24,291 nucleotides of DNA, taken from positions 1-24,291 of IMG/VR virus record IMGVR_UViG_3300008216_002947; one strand, 5' to 3'. This stretch comes from a virus (Duplodnaviria > Caudoviricetes). Both the position numbers and the translations under genes were made by a program. The first letter of the stretch is position 1. Each line of letters opens with the position of its first letter. The notes beneath the pieces are model-generated. The model was not told the origin of the DNA and searched no databases. It worked only from the letters and a program-made list of their open reading frames with translations. Shown in pieces: positions 1-9,487 of the stretch.

Positions 1-2029
1 GACTTGAATAGAGCCACCCATTAACGGCTCCTCCATCTACATTTATTTGTGCATCAGAGGCACATAATACTATATCGCCAGCAATATCCAGCTCCTTCGT
101 TGGAGCAGTCGTTCCGATGCCGACGTTTCCACCGGTTTCTATGACCATTTTCGGCAAAGCAAAGCTGCTCGTCGGAGAAAATACAAACGCATTGCTCAGG
201 CTGTAATCAACGCCAACAAACCAGTCCGCGTTTGTATTAAAGTGAATAGCAGCATCATAAGGGTCGTTAGGACCAAGGCGAAGCGTATTAGCCTCGCCTG
301 ACTTGGAAAGGTGGAGCAAGGCGTAGGGACTCGACGTGCCGATGCCTACGTTGCCGGAACCGAGAACAGTGATAAGATTCGTACTTAAATTGTTGACCTG
401 CAATACCGTCTCGGCATCTGCCAGCATCGCGACCCCCGTGCTCCCGTTCGACTTCCCTCCCCTGAGAAGGATTGCAGGAACAGTGTCGGTTGGATCGGTG
501 ACACCAATTAACCCAACCAGAGTCATACCAGAAATTCCAGCCGCGTCTGACGCGCCGTAGATCAAGCCCCCGCCATCAGCGGCGTTTGCGTCGCGCACGT
601 AGAATAGCGCATCTGTTGGCAGCTCGTTAGTGATTCCGTGAGCCACTCCCGAGAATGAGATTGCGAAGCCATTGTTTGTGGTCATCTTCAGGTCGAGCAA
701 CTTCGACGGACTCGACGTGCCGATGCCGACGTTGCCGTCGCCCCGAAGGACCAGCACATCGTTCACCTGAGTGCCTGAACCGCTTGAAATATCAAACGTG
801 AGATTGTTGCTTGCGGCTGTCCCTGAGTAAGTCGCGGATACAGAGTGAATGAAGTTGGCATCGAGTCCAATATTGATGTGATCGGCTCCCCCCCCTGCGC
901 CTTGCACGTGCAGGGGAGCCCCCGGGCTCGCTGTGCCGATACCGACGTTGCCGTTACCGATGATAACAAGAGCATTGGCGTTATTGATAGACGCATCCGA
1001 CGATTTAGTCGCAATTTTAAGGATTCCTGCGGTGCTGGCGTCAGTCCCATACGCAGCGAGTTGGCTGATATTAGAACCCTCAAAAGACAGCTTTGTGACG
1101 TTAGCTTCATTTACAAGGTTGTTGTCAGATGAAACAATAGCGCCACCCACAGTGAGTTCCCCTACAGCATCCACCGACACGACCTTGTCAGGCGTCCCGT
1201 CGCTCGCGCTCAACTCGCTGTGTCGATGTAGAGTATCAGCCATCGAGTTGTCGGTGAGGGTAGCCGTAACGGTGTTCAGCAAAGCCATCGTCCCGGTGAA
1301 GGCGACTCCGCCAAGCTGGAAGTTAGTGGCCGTGGCTACATTTAGAGTGCTAGCCATATGCACCGCACCGTCAATGTCAACGATGTCTAAGTTGGCGGTG
1401 CCATCAATGTCTGCATCTCCACTCACATCGAGAGATCCCGCATCTAGCTCTCCTGTTAGGGTGATGTTTCTCAAGGTGGAAATATCCTTATTGCCATCTA
1501 CGATTAGAGCCTTATTGGCAATGACTGTGCCGGCCGTAATATCATCGATAGCCTCTAGCTCAGCCTCGGCAATAACCGCACTACCAAGAGTTAAAGCATT
1601 CCCTGTAATTAACCCTGAAACCGTAATAGAGGATGCTGTAGTGACCGCCAGGGCCGAAGTCCCCGCCACCGTAAGACCTGCGGCACCTACCAGCTTCAAG
1701 TCGTCGGCACTCTCGTCCCAGAGCATATACGCATCGGCGGTGTCCCCCCAGAACTTCACGTCATGCCCGGTGCCGTTGACTCCTACGGTAAGAGTGCCGG
1801 CGAAGGTGGACGCCCCAGTCACCTCCAGGGAGCCGTGGACTATCTCGGTGACGATTACCGAGGCGTTTAAGGTAAATGGCGTTGAGTCTGGATTACTCAG
1901 CAGCTGCGACAGGGTCCAGCGATTGGCGTCTGCGTTTATTCGCGAGACGTTAAGGGCATCCTCAGAGGTCGGGTCCTCTTCGGACCAGCGAGTGCCGAGG
2001 GTCACATAGCTATATGGATTGGATGCCAT
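1..2029 (-). CDS. Tail fibre / receptor-binding protein with GNVGIGT repeats (partial, runs off the left edge; >676 aa)
   Basis: Not in the ORF track because it has no stop in the window. I translated it by hand from the ATG at 2029-2027 (TAATG overlap with the upstream stop): MASNPYSYVTLGTRWSEEDPTSEDALNVSRINADANRW..., open to position 1. It has four repeats: GNVGIGTASPGAPLHV, GNVGIGTSSPSKLLDL, GNVGIGTSSPYALLHL and GNVGIGTTAPTKELDI. It is G/T/S/A/D-rich and lies after the hub gene. Confidence 0.88.
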   Translation of the reverse strand, partial: MASNPYSYVTLGTRWSEEDPTSEDALNVSRINADANRWTLSQLLSNPDSTPFTLNASVIVTEIVHGSLEVTGASTFAGTLTVGVNGTGHDVKFWGDTADAYMLWDESADDLKLVGAAGLTVAGTSALAVTTASSITVSGLITGNALTLGSAVIAEAELEAIDDITAGTVIANKALIVDGNKDISTLRNITLTGELDAGSLDVSGDADIDGTANLDIVDIDGAVHMASTLNVATATNFQLGGVAFTGTMALLNTVTATLTDNSMADTLHRHSELSASDGTPDKVVSVDAVGELTVGGAIVSSDNNLVNEANVTKLSFEGSNISQLAAYGTDASTAGILKIATKSSDASINNANALVIIGNGNVGIGTASPGAPLHVQGAGGGADHINIGLDANFIHSVSATYSGTAASNNLTFDISSGSGTQVNDVLVLRGDGNVGIGTSSPSKLLDLKMTTNNGFAISFSGVAHGITNELPTDALFYVRDANAADGGGLIYGASDAAGISGMTLVGLIGVTDPTDTVPAILLRGGKSNGSTGVAMLADAETVLQVNNLSTNLITVLGSGNVGIGTSSPYALLHLSKSGEANTLRLGPNDPYDAAIHFNTNADWFVGVDYSLSNAFVFSPTSSFALPKMVIETGGNVGIGTTAPTKELDIAGDIVLCASDAQINVDGGAVNGWLYSS
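327..737. repeat. Direct repeat, 29/30 nt identical (327-356 and 708-737), encoding GNVGIGTSSP
   Basis: GGACTCGACGTGCCGATGCC(t/g)ACGTTGCCG occurs twice; more diverged copies lie near 110-134 and 933-955. Confidence 0.9.
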
Positions 2030-2355
2030 TACTCAAGAGCCTCCGTTAAGAACTCACGGTGCGGACCAGGGGGAAGGAAATCGAGGACCTCGGCGTTCCC
2101 TTCCCACCGATGGCGGTATATTACCCGCCTGTTGTTGGTGGACGATATGGCAGGACCCCACTCAACCCGAGAAGTGGGGGGGTCCAAGCTGTTTAAGGCG
2201 GTCACTCGCACCGCGGCGACGGTATCACCTGCCAGATCCACCGTACTCCCCCCCGGGGGAAAATCCACCTTCTTTGAAGGAAGCAGGGCCCTTTTTTCTA
2301 CCTCTGGGGACACCACCAGCCGCAGGTGACGATCCAATTCCTCAAACTGCGTCAT
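2029..2355 (-). CDS. Hypothetical tail-associated protein (108 aa)
   Basis: Coupled by 1-nt stop/start overlaps to the hub gene upstream and the fibre gene downstream; no recognisable motif. Confidence 0.7.
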   Translation of the reverse strand: MTQFEELDRHLRLVVSPEVEKRALLPSKKVDFPPGGSTVDLAGDTVAAVRVTALNSLDPPTSRVEWGPAISSTNNRRVIYRHRWEGNAEVLDFLPPGPHREFLTEALE

Positions 2356-5015
2356 CAGTAAACCCCCATATCGGGCCCACAGTGAGATATGGCCGAATAA
2401 ATGTCATTCTCCTCCACTCGGCCTGAATATAAGCAGCACCAGCCGCTCTGTGCTCTTTCAACGGCAGTCGCGGCGTCATAGGCCGGGTGGTCATCAGGAC
2501 AACAGCGCCCCACCGGCTTGTAAGAAATCGGCATCTCCTGCATTTCAATACGGACTTGCGCCTTCTCAACATCGACCTTAAGCCCGGTCACTTCCCAGCG
2601 AACGAAGTTAAGCCGCTTAAGGCCGGCGGCAGCACTGTGAGCAATGGCGACCGTCTGCGCCTGTGCTCTGACCACCGTTAAATTGCCGTTTGTCGCTACG
2701 GCAGTGACCTTGACGACCTCCTTGTCACTTACGAGGAGATAGTCATCTTCCCGAAAACAAAGCCCCGAAGAACACTCGAACACCGTAGAGGCATCAGTCT
2801 CAGCATTTGTCAACGTTCCAAGCTGAATCGGCCGCTTGGACGACGGCAGCCAGGGGTGATCAAACCAAGCCACATCCCCGAGCTCAACGTTAATCGCATT
2901 CATAAAGGTAGCGAATTCGATCACATAGCGCCGTTCAGACCGCCACTCTTCAAGGTGAGTTAAGAAATGCCCAGCCGTGGTTGAATCGCCAATCAAATCA
3001 GAAGAAAAGCCGCCGATGGCGCGAAAACCGCGGGTTTCTTCCCCCAGCGGGTTCGTCGTCTTATATCTCAGCTGCGACCTCTTCATAGCGCCGGTGAGAT
3101 TCGGCCCTGCATAGTAGGTCGTCCCGGCGTTAGCGTCATTGACCCCGAGCGCGTGCGTCAGCGTCAGCTGTGTTTCCGAGGTGACAGCTGAAACCGTGTA
3201 ATCTTTATCCCCGACGACGTAAGCAGTCTCGCCAACACCAACGCCATCAGTGACGAATTCCGCAGAGGCGTCTGTGAGCACGCCTGTACTGCCGACGACG
3301 GAACAGGTGCCTGTAACCCTGTGCCGGCCCGTGGCAGTTTCAAGGGCGGTGTACTCACCTGTGCCGCGATCCTTGCGATGCTTCAATACCACGTCATTGA
3401 TTATGTCACGGGTGGGGGTCTTGCCGAACGCTATATCGGGCTCCCAGAGGTGCTGGGGTTCTTCGGGGTTAGCGACCGCAATGTGTTCCGTACCGAGAAA
3501 GGCGTGGTCAGGCGTCCGGTCTTTCTCCATCGCCACCATTTTCCACTTGCCCTCGAAGGACATGAAAATGTGCATCCCGGCGGTGAACCCGAAATTGTTT
3601 AACCATTTTATCTGATCGATGGTATCGTCTTCGCTGAACCTGAACGACCAGCCGGTGCGAGCCGTGGCGGCCGTCGCCACGGCGGCTGCATCCACGTTAG
3701 CGGTTGGCAGCTCCAGAAGTGCCTTACCGCGTAGGGCCGCCCCGAGAACGTGAGCCGGGTTGTCCAGAGCGGCCCCAGAGCTGGAAAGGACCAAGCCGTC
3801 GGCATAATTCGTTGTGAGGTCTTCCCACCCGGTCACTTTTTGATGGATCGACAGTTCCTGCCGGTCAGTGGTCAGCTGGTCGTCAAAGGTCACCTCAAGG
3901 TAAATCTGCTTGATAGCAGCAGAAGCAGACCCGGCAATCTGCACCTCATACAGCTCGAAATCCCAATCGTCGGCGTGGTCCGTCGCGAAATTGCTTAAGG
4001 TAATGGTCTGGTTGCCAGTGACCGACCCAGCCGAAAAAATACTAACTGTTTTATACAGAATAGCGTAACCAAATGTGCCGGCCGCATTGATCTGTATCAG
4101 CCCAGAAATCACCGTCCCCAGCTTCGGCACACCCCCGATCTTAACGTCAAGGTTGTCGTCGCCGACAACTGAGACCGACGTGCTGTTATCTCCATCCATT
4201 ACCCGTGGATAAAGTGCCACGTCGTTCGTCCCAGACGGTAGAACGGGATACAGCCTCATTTCTCGCCGGCCGTCGGTGACGGTCAGGGTTTCGTCGCTTT
4301 GCGTCGAATTGACGATTTCAGCGTATCGGCGAGCGTGGTCGTAATACTGAAACGCCACCCCATAAGCGTCACATCGCTTGCCGGCAGTGTATTCTCGAAG
4401 GAATCCATTGGTCGTTCTACAGGGTGCGAGAAAGGCAAAAGCACCGGCGTCGTCATGCGGCCCGACGTTAAGGGCCCCGACCGCCCAGGGGAGGGGTAAG
4501 CCAAGGGCATCAAAAGGCGCATCGGGATACTCGATAAGGGTGATTAAGTCTCTCGGGAAAGCCTGAAAGTCCTTATCGCTGCCGTCGATGCAGTCGAGGA
4601 CCCAGTTTCGTATATCAAAGGGAGTGTCTTCAATAACTGACCGTGCAATCTGCACAGCGTCCGACTTCTCTTCATCGCCATCGGCGTTAACGAACGAGAC
4701 ATACAGCCGCACCTCGTCATTTTCCAGAAAGTAAGTGTCGCCGGTGTTGCTCTCGACGCCCTCATTTCGGATGGCGGCCTGTAGCGTTGCCACCGAAGCA
4801 AGACCCCCGCCCATCTTTATGCGGTTCCATGAGACCCTTAAACCATCTGGGACGAAGCTGTCGGTGTAGACCTTCGTTGACAGCGTGTATTTGCGAGAGC
4901 CAAAATACAGCGTAGCCGCCGCATTCGGTGAATCGGCGTCCACTTCAAGGAGCCAGACGATTTGAACCGCATCCTTGACTTTTTCAGCCAGAGCTTTGGC
5001 CGAAAGGGTTTTCAT
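2355..5015 (-). CDS. Baseplate hub / tail tip (Tal- or gpJ-like) protein (886 aa)
   Basis: Follows tape measure and distal tail; contains DNPAHVL (NPA motif), IINDVVLKHR and NAINVELGDVAWFDHP...WEVTGLKVD..VRIEMQE, typical of tail-tip hub proteins; ATGA overlap with the upstream gene. Confidence 0.75.
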   Translation of the reverse strand: MKTLSAKALAEKVKDAVQIVWLLEVDADSPNAAATLYFGSRKYTLSTKVYTDSFVPDGLRVSWNRIKMGGGLASVATLQAAIRNEGVESNTGDTYFLENDEVRLYVSFVNADGDEEKSDAVQIARSVIEDTPFDIRNWVLDCIDGSDKDFQAFPRDLITLIEYPDAPFDALGLPLPWAVGALNVGPHDDAGAFAFLAPCRTTNGFLREYTAGKRCDAYGVAFQYYDHARRYAEIVNSTQSDETLTVTDGRREMRLYPVLPSGTNDVALYPRVMDGDNSTSVSVVGDDNLDVKIGGVPKLGTVISGLIQINAAGTFGYAILYKTVSIFSAGSVTGNQTITLSNFATDHADDWDFELYEVQIAGSASAAIKQIYLEVTFDDQLTTDRQELSIHQKVTGWEDLTTNYADGLVLSSSGAALDNPAHVLGAALRGKALLELPTANVDAAAVATAATARTGWSFRFSEDDTIDQIKWLNNFGFTAGMHIFMSFEGKWKMVAMEKDRTPDHAFLGTEHIAVANPEEPQHLWEPDIAFGKTPTRDIINDVVLKHRKDRGTGEYTALETATGRHRVTGTCSVVGSTGVLTDASAEFVTDGVGVGETAYVVGDKDYTVSAVTSETQLTLTHALGVNDANAGTTYYAGPNLTGAMKRSQLRYKTTNPLGEETRGFRAIGGFSSDLIGDSTTAGHFLTHLEEWRSERRYVIEFATFMNAINVELGDVAWFDHPWLPSSKRPIQLGTLTNAETDASTVFECSSGLCFREDDYLLVSDKEVVKVTAVATNGNLTVVRAQAQTVAIAHSAAAGLKRLNFVRWEVTGLKVDVEKAQVRIEMQEMPISYKPVGRCCPDDHPAYDAATAVERAQSGWCCLYSGRVEENDIYSAISHCGPDMGVY

Positions 5016-5395
5016 GCGCTCATGTCCTTGGCGAGGCGTAGCCGCCCGAACCAGAGATTTTTACGACGACGAAAGTCGGGCAGGCCGCTTATATAGTGCA
5101 TGTTGGTGAAGGCGGTCCCGTTCCCGTCTGTAAATGTAAAAGAGCCAGACGACCAGCTCACCGTGTCCTGAATAAAGTCGCGTAAAGCCTCATAATCGGT
5201 ATTTGAAAGGCAGTATTGCAAGGTCTTATCGATATGATCGGTCGAGCCGTCCCCCAGGTCGGCCGTCTTCACCGCTCCACCCATCGTCCGCCCCACGAGC
5301 ATTGGGTAAGTTTCCCCCGGGTCCTCGGGATATAGAGCACTTGCAATGGTGACTGTGGCGCCTGCTCCCACTGGGTTAAATATGTTTGTCGGCAT
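5012..5395 (-). CDS. Probable distal tail (Dit/gpM-like) protein (127 aa)
   Basis: Immediately after the tape measure gene; the pattern LSNTDYEALRDFIQ....SFTFTD resembles small siphovirus Dit proteins. Confidence 0.6.
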   Translation of the reverse strand: MPTNIFNPVGAGATVTIASALYPEDPGETYPMLVGRTMGGAVKTADLGDGSTDHIDKTLQYCLSNTDYEALRDFIQDTVSWSSGSFTFTDGNGTAFTNMHYISGLPDFRRRKNLWFGRLRLAKDMSA

Positions 5396-5397
5396 TT

Positions 5398-8300
5398 TTA
5401 AAACGCCCCTCCCCGCTCTCTTGCTGGGCTCGTGACGGGCGAGTCACCTTCACGCCGGTTGCGGGTTATGCGTGACAGCGCCACCTCGACGAGGTCCTCG
5501 ATTTCGCCCAGGTCGAGAATATCGCCCAGGGAAAGTTTGCCGGTAAAGCGGATTACATCTGACAGAGGCACGTCCACGCGGGTCGCTGAGGTCACATCGA
5601 CCACACTAGCCCAGGAATGCACGCGACTGGCCTGCAAGCGAATGACCTGTGAAGCAAACACAGGAATTTGTTGCGGGCCGTAACCTCGGGCTCGGTCCTG
5701 ACTGCTTGTCCCGCCGAGTGTAACGAGTTGATTCCAGTGAGTGACTCCAAACTGTGCGATTGAAGCGGGGTCGTTGAACTTAAAAACATCGCTCCATGAT
5801 CTGTTGATTTTGCTCTCCAGCTTTTCCACAGCGATTACATCGTGCCAGCCTGTGAACGACCGCGCGCCTTCGACGTCGCCGCCCATCCCATACTTATTAT
5901 CGAGGTGAACGGCTTCCCACCAATCGCGCACGATTCTGTTCCCCGGCGCCAGCTTTTCGACAGCAATTACATCTTTCCACCCTACGAACGACCGCGCGCC
6001 CTCACCTTCACCACCCATGCCGTACTTGTGCCTTAGATGGACAGCTTGCCACCAATCGCGAACGATACGGTTACCCGGTCCAAGATTCTCGGTGTTGATT
6101 ACCTTAGACCAGCCAGCCAATGTGATTGGCGTGAACTTAAAAACATCGCTCCAGGATGTGGATGGCAACTTCGCCAGCCCTGTATATCCAACGTCGCCAG
6201 CGTCAATGATGTCCCCATACCCATTGACCCCAAATTTGCTCCATCCAGCCTTTTTGAACTCAATGGCCCAATTCCACGACTTGGCCGGGAGCTTATCCAG
6301 ATCCTCACCCTGCTCGATAATGTTAGTCCATCCCCCCACCCCAAACTCACTCCAAGGGGAAGCATCGAAGTTAATGGCCCAGGCCCACTGCTTAGTCGGG
6401 AGCTTATCCAGACCCTCACCCTGCTCGATAATATCCGTCCAGCCTCCCACTCTGAATTGGCCCCACGTAGAAGCCTCAAACTCGATGGCCCAGTGCCACT
6501 TCTTCATCGGGAGCTTGGTTAAGCCCTCCCCTTGCTCGATAAGATCACCCCATTCTCCCACCCCAAACTGGCCCCATGACGAGGGAACGATATTGATAAT
6601 GTCGGATGCTGGAACATCTACGGCCGGGATTTCGACCGCCGGCAAGGTAACAGCGGGGGCTCCCCCAGAACCCGGGGGAGGGGCAGGGGCAGCGGTCCCA
6701 TCAGCAGGAGCCCCGGTAGGGGGAGCGGCCCGTAGGGCCCGCAGGGCAGCGGCCTCCTCACTGGCCAGGGCCTTTATTTGTTTCCCCAGTGCAGCGATTA
6801 CCTTGGCCTGCTCGATGGGGTCAGCCCCGGTCTGTGCAAAAGCCCTCTGTGCGTCCCGCCTGAGCGCCATTTCTCGGGCATCATAGGTTATTGCCACGGA
6901 CCGATCCATCGTATTCGCCAGATCACGGGCCGCGTTGTTCATAGAAGAAAAAGCATCCTCGACACTAAGCACGCTAACAATCGCCTCCTGCCACGTCATG
7001 CCGAGATTGAGGAGGTCTGTTTGAAGTTGTTGGGCGTTTGTTCCCATTTGATCTAGCGCAGGCGCAACATCACTGCCCCACTCTGCAGGGTCAGCCCCCC
7101 AGTTCATTTCCACCAGACCGGCGAACCTCATCATTTCCGCCACTGATTTAGCTATGTCGTGCCTTTGGGGGGGGCCCTGTCGATCGTCTTTCTGTGGAAT
7201 GATTGTCTTTTGATCAAACCATTCTTGAATTCCTTCTGTCACCCTCTCAAGGGAGGCCTTATGAGCCTCTGGATCTAATTGTTTGGTTAAGGCTTCGCCT
7301 ATCGGGCGAGCTGCCGCCTCGGCCTGCGCGACGGTGTTGATTGTCCTTTGAAGAGAATCCGCTGCCTTTTGTGCTCCCGCTGCAAAATGATTAACAGCAA
7401 CTGACAATAAATCCGTGGCTAATTGAGCCTTGGTGCCACCTGTTGCAAAATTACCCACAGCCGAAGCCATCGCCCCCAGCTGGCTATTAAATTGTCCGAT
7501 TACCCCGCTTAATGCGGAGTAAAGCCTTTTTTGGTCGGCCAGCTCTTCTCTTTGCTCTGCTATTGCTTTTGTGCGGTCTTTTTCCGCCGCGCGGGCCGAA
7601 ACGGTTTCTCGTTTAAGGGCGGCCTTGATTCGTAAGTCAATGTCAAACTTTTTAAGCTCGGCGACGTGAGTATCTTCCATTATCGCCAGGGCGGTTGTTC
7701 CCGTATCGTTCACCAGCGCCCGCTTAACTTCAAATTTCTGTGCAACAACTATCCCCTCGCGAGTCGTCTTTGTAGACGCCATTTCCTGCCGTTCCAATAG
7801 GGCAAGCTGCTCGGTCAACTCCCCCGTGGAGCCCCTAAGCTCAGAGAGCTTTGTAGTTATCCCTTCAGTGGGTATAAAGGGGGCTTGGGGTTGGTCTATT
7901 GCTGTGCCTTTAGCCCAGTCGATGCCGCGCTGCTGAGGTGCACCCTGGAAGCCGCCCATGAAGCCGCCCTCCCTGCCCCTGGGTAACACAAACCCAGCCT
8001 CTGGGCGTTCGGCGCCGAACCTTGCTCCCTGGATGCCTTCGGGGCCAAAACCTTTCACGGTGATTCCAGACCCGCTTAACCCGCCGCCAATGGTAAGGCC
8101 GCGGGCCGCTCTCTGTTCAAACGTTTCTTCCCTTGCCGGCATGGGGCCCATACCCCGGGCCTCCTTAATAAAATCGTCCCATGCCTTTGTGGCCGCTGCT
8201 AAATTTGCGGCATCAAGGTCGGCTAACCTCTGTTTTTCTTTGGCTACTTTCGCTTCCTCGACAGCGTCATAACTTGCAAGGAAAGCGGCCCGCAATGCGT

Positions 8301-9483
8301 CGAGCGAGGCCGACTCTCCTTTAGCCGCCTGCAATTCAAGCGCCTCCCTTATTATTTGAACGTTTCCCTTTTCAGTGTCCGCCCACATGGGCGCCCCTGA
8401 GAACTGGTCGGGCCCCACGCCCTGGGCCCCTCTTCCCATCCTTTTGTCTTCCCAGTCTTTGAACCCAGCGGCCCACCCTTCCTCCTTTGAGCCTATCTCA
8501 AGAGCTTGGCCAAATCGCGCGAACCCCGACTGCCCCCCGTAACGCCTGCCTCCACCTTTCGGTCCCGAATCCCAGGCAAACCCCTGACCCGCCATCCAGT
8601 CAACCGCCCCCTGGTCCTGCGGGTTCACCAGCAGCTGTGATCCAGGGACTATTTCCTCGGGAGGGGCATGCAGCCCTTTAGCGATTAAGAGCATAGCCGC
8701 GGCGAGTTTTTCGGTCATGCCAATAGCCTTGTCAAACTCAGTGATATAGAGCCCGATGGCGTCCGTCATCACCTTCCACGCCGATTCAACGGTGGCCTCT
8801 ATTTGCCCATATTCGCTCGCAACCACCCCAGCTTGAGATTGCAACGCATCGATAACTTGAACGGCCGTAATCTTCCCCTCAGCGCCCAACTCTCGAAGGG
8901 CGCCGATTGCCACGCCCATACCGTTCGCTATCGCCATGGCAAGCCGGGGGGCCTGTTCAAGGACGCTGTTCAGCTCCTCACCGCGCAGCACGCCCGAGGC
9001 GAGCCCCTGCCCCAGCTGAACGACGGCGGCGTTAGCCGAGTCGCTGCTGCCGCCTGAGATTATGAGGGCTTGGTTAACGGTTTCAATAACGCCCGCCAGC
9101 TCCTGCTGTGAGAGCTTGAGGCTTTTGTTGGCGATAGAGAACTTTTGATATAGTGCCGTCGTCGACTCCATCGAGACGCGGGTGCGCTGCGATATGTCGA
9201 ACAGCATTTTACTGACCGCCGCGGTCTCTCGTGCCGAGGAGGTGAATAGCTTTATGCGGTTTTCGTAGCCCTTCCAGGCGTCTGCGATCTTGACCACCTG
9301 CATCGCCATCGCTGCCCCGGCCGCCGCTGAGAACGCAGCACCGACGGCGCGAAGAAGGGGGGCCATGCGTTTAAGCGTGGAATTGGTGCGATTGAGGTCG
9401 TTATCGAGCTGTTTTGTGCCCCTTTGAACGTCTTTGCCGTCCCATGTGGCAACGACGCGGACGTTGGCGGTTGTGGCTACCAT
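5398..9483 (-). CDS. Tape measure protein (1361 aa)
   Basis: N-terminal tape-measure domain motifs (LFDISQRTRVSMESTTALY; QLGQGLASGVLRGEELNSVLEQAPRLAMAIANGMGV); long Ala-rich helical stretches; follows the frameshifted chaperone pair. Confidence 0.95.
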   Translation of the reverse strand: MVATTANVRVVATWDGKDVQRGTKQLDNDLNRTNSTLKRMAPLLRAVGAAFSAAAGAAMAMQVVKIADAWKGYENRIKLFTSSARETAAVSKMLFDISQRTRVSMESTTALYQKFSIANKSLKLSQQELAGVIETVNQALIISGGSSDSANAAVVQLGQGLASGVLRGEELNSVLEQAPRLAMAIANGMGVAIGALRELGAEGKITAVQVIDALQSQAGVVASEYGQIEATVESAWKVMTDAIGLYITEFDKAIGMTEKLAAAMLLIAKGLHAPPEEIVPGSQLLVNPQDQGAVDWMAGQGFAWDSGPKGGGRRYGGQSGFARFGQALEIGSKEEGWAAGFKDWEDKRMGRGAQGVGPDQFSGAPMWADTEKGNVQIIREALELQAAKGESASLDALRAAFLASYDAVEEAKVAKEKQRLADLDAANLAAATKAWDDFIKEARGMGPMPAREETFEQRAARGLTIGGGLSGSGITVKGFGPEGIQGARFGAERPEAGFVLPRGREGGFMGGFQGAPQQRGIDWAKGTAIDQPQAPFIPTEGITTKLSELRGSTGELTEQLALLERQEMASTKTTREGIVVAQKFEVKRALVNDTGTTALAIMEDTHVAELKKFDIDLRIKAALKRETVSARAAEKDRTKAIAEQREELADQKRLYSALSGVIGQFNSQLGAMASAVGNFATGGTKAQLATDLLSVAVNHFAAGAQKAADSLQRTINTVAQAEAAARPIGEALTKQLDPEAHKASLERVTEGIQEWFDQKTIIPQKDDRQGPPQRHDIAKSVAEMMRFAGLVEMNWGADPAEWGSDVAPALDQMGTNAQQLQTDLLNLGMTWQEAIVSVLSVEDAFSSMNNAARDLANTMDRSVAITYDAREMALRRDAQRAFAQTGADPIEQAKVIAALGKQIKALASEEAAALRALRAAPPTGAPADGTAAPAPPPGSGGAPAVTLPAVEIPAVDVPASDIINIVPSSWGQFGVGEWGDLIEQGEGLTKLPMKKWHWAIEFEASTWGQFRVGGWTDIIEQGEGLDKLPTKQWAWAINFDASPWSEFGVGGWTNIIEQGEDLDKLPAKSWNWAIEFKKAGWSKFGVNGYGDIIDAGDVGYTGLAKLPSTSWSDVFKFTPITLAGWSKVINTENLGPGNRIVRDWWQAVHLRHKYGMGGEGEGARSFVGWKDVIAVEKLAPGNRIVRDWWEAVHLDNKYGMGGDVEGARSFTGWHDVIAVEKLESKINRSWSDVFKFNDPASIAQFGVTHWNQLVTLGGTSSQDRARGYGPQQIPVFASQVIRLQASRVHSWASVVDVTSATRVDVPLSDVIRFTGKLSLGDILDLGEIEDLVEVALSRITRNRREGDSPVTSPARERGGAF
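5775..6582 (-). repeat. Intragenic Trp-rich tandem repeats in the tape measure C-terminus (111-nt and 132-nt periods)
   Basis: About four 37-aa units (SxWGQFGVGxWxDIIEQGEGLDKLPxKxWxWAIEF), about 2.5 44-aa units (GWKDVIAVEKLAPGNRIVRDWWEAVHLxxKYGMGGxxEGARSF), and a 22-nt exact repeat at 5775-5796 and 6132-6153 (WSDVFKF). Confidence 0.92.
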
Positions 9484-9487
9484 AATA

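Noticed and set aside
888-895. C8 tract in the fibre (also G8 at 7167-7174 and C7 at 21381-21387) as phase-variation switches
   Set aside because: All are in frame, encode Gly/Pro runs and are short for a GC-rich genome; there is no evidence of slippage without reads.
933-2009. 358-aa + strand ORF (and 336-560, 845-1132)
   Set aside because: Antisense shadows of the minus-strand tail fibre, which has coupling to the upstream gene and recognisable repeats.
2247-2260. Possible extra CGGGG-loop hairpin
   Set aside because: With a CGGGG loop only about 3 bp of stem form, and it lies mid-gene encoding PPGG; likely chance.
5775-6582. Regular repeats as a CRISPR array or DGR template/variable pair
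   Set aside because: The repeats are in-frame coding units with synonymous-type divergence; there are no unique spacers, no adenine-specific pattern noticed, and no cas or reverse transcriptase gene in the window.
6017-6886. 289-aa + strand ORF and other long antisense ORFs over the tape measure, capsid and MuF genes
   Set aside because: No RBS or motifs; expected shadows in GC-rich coding DNA.
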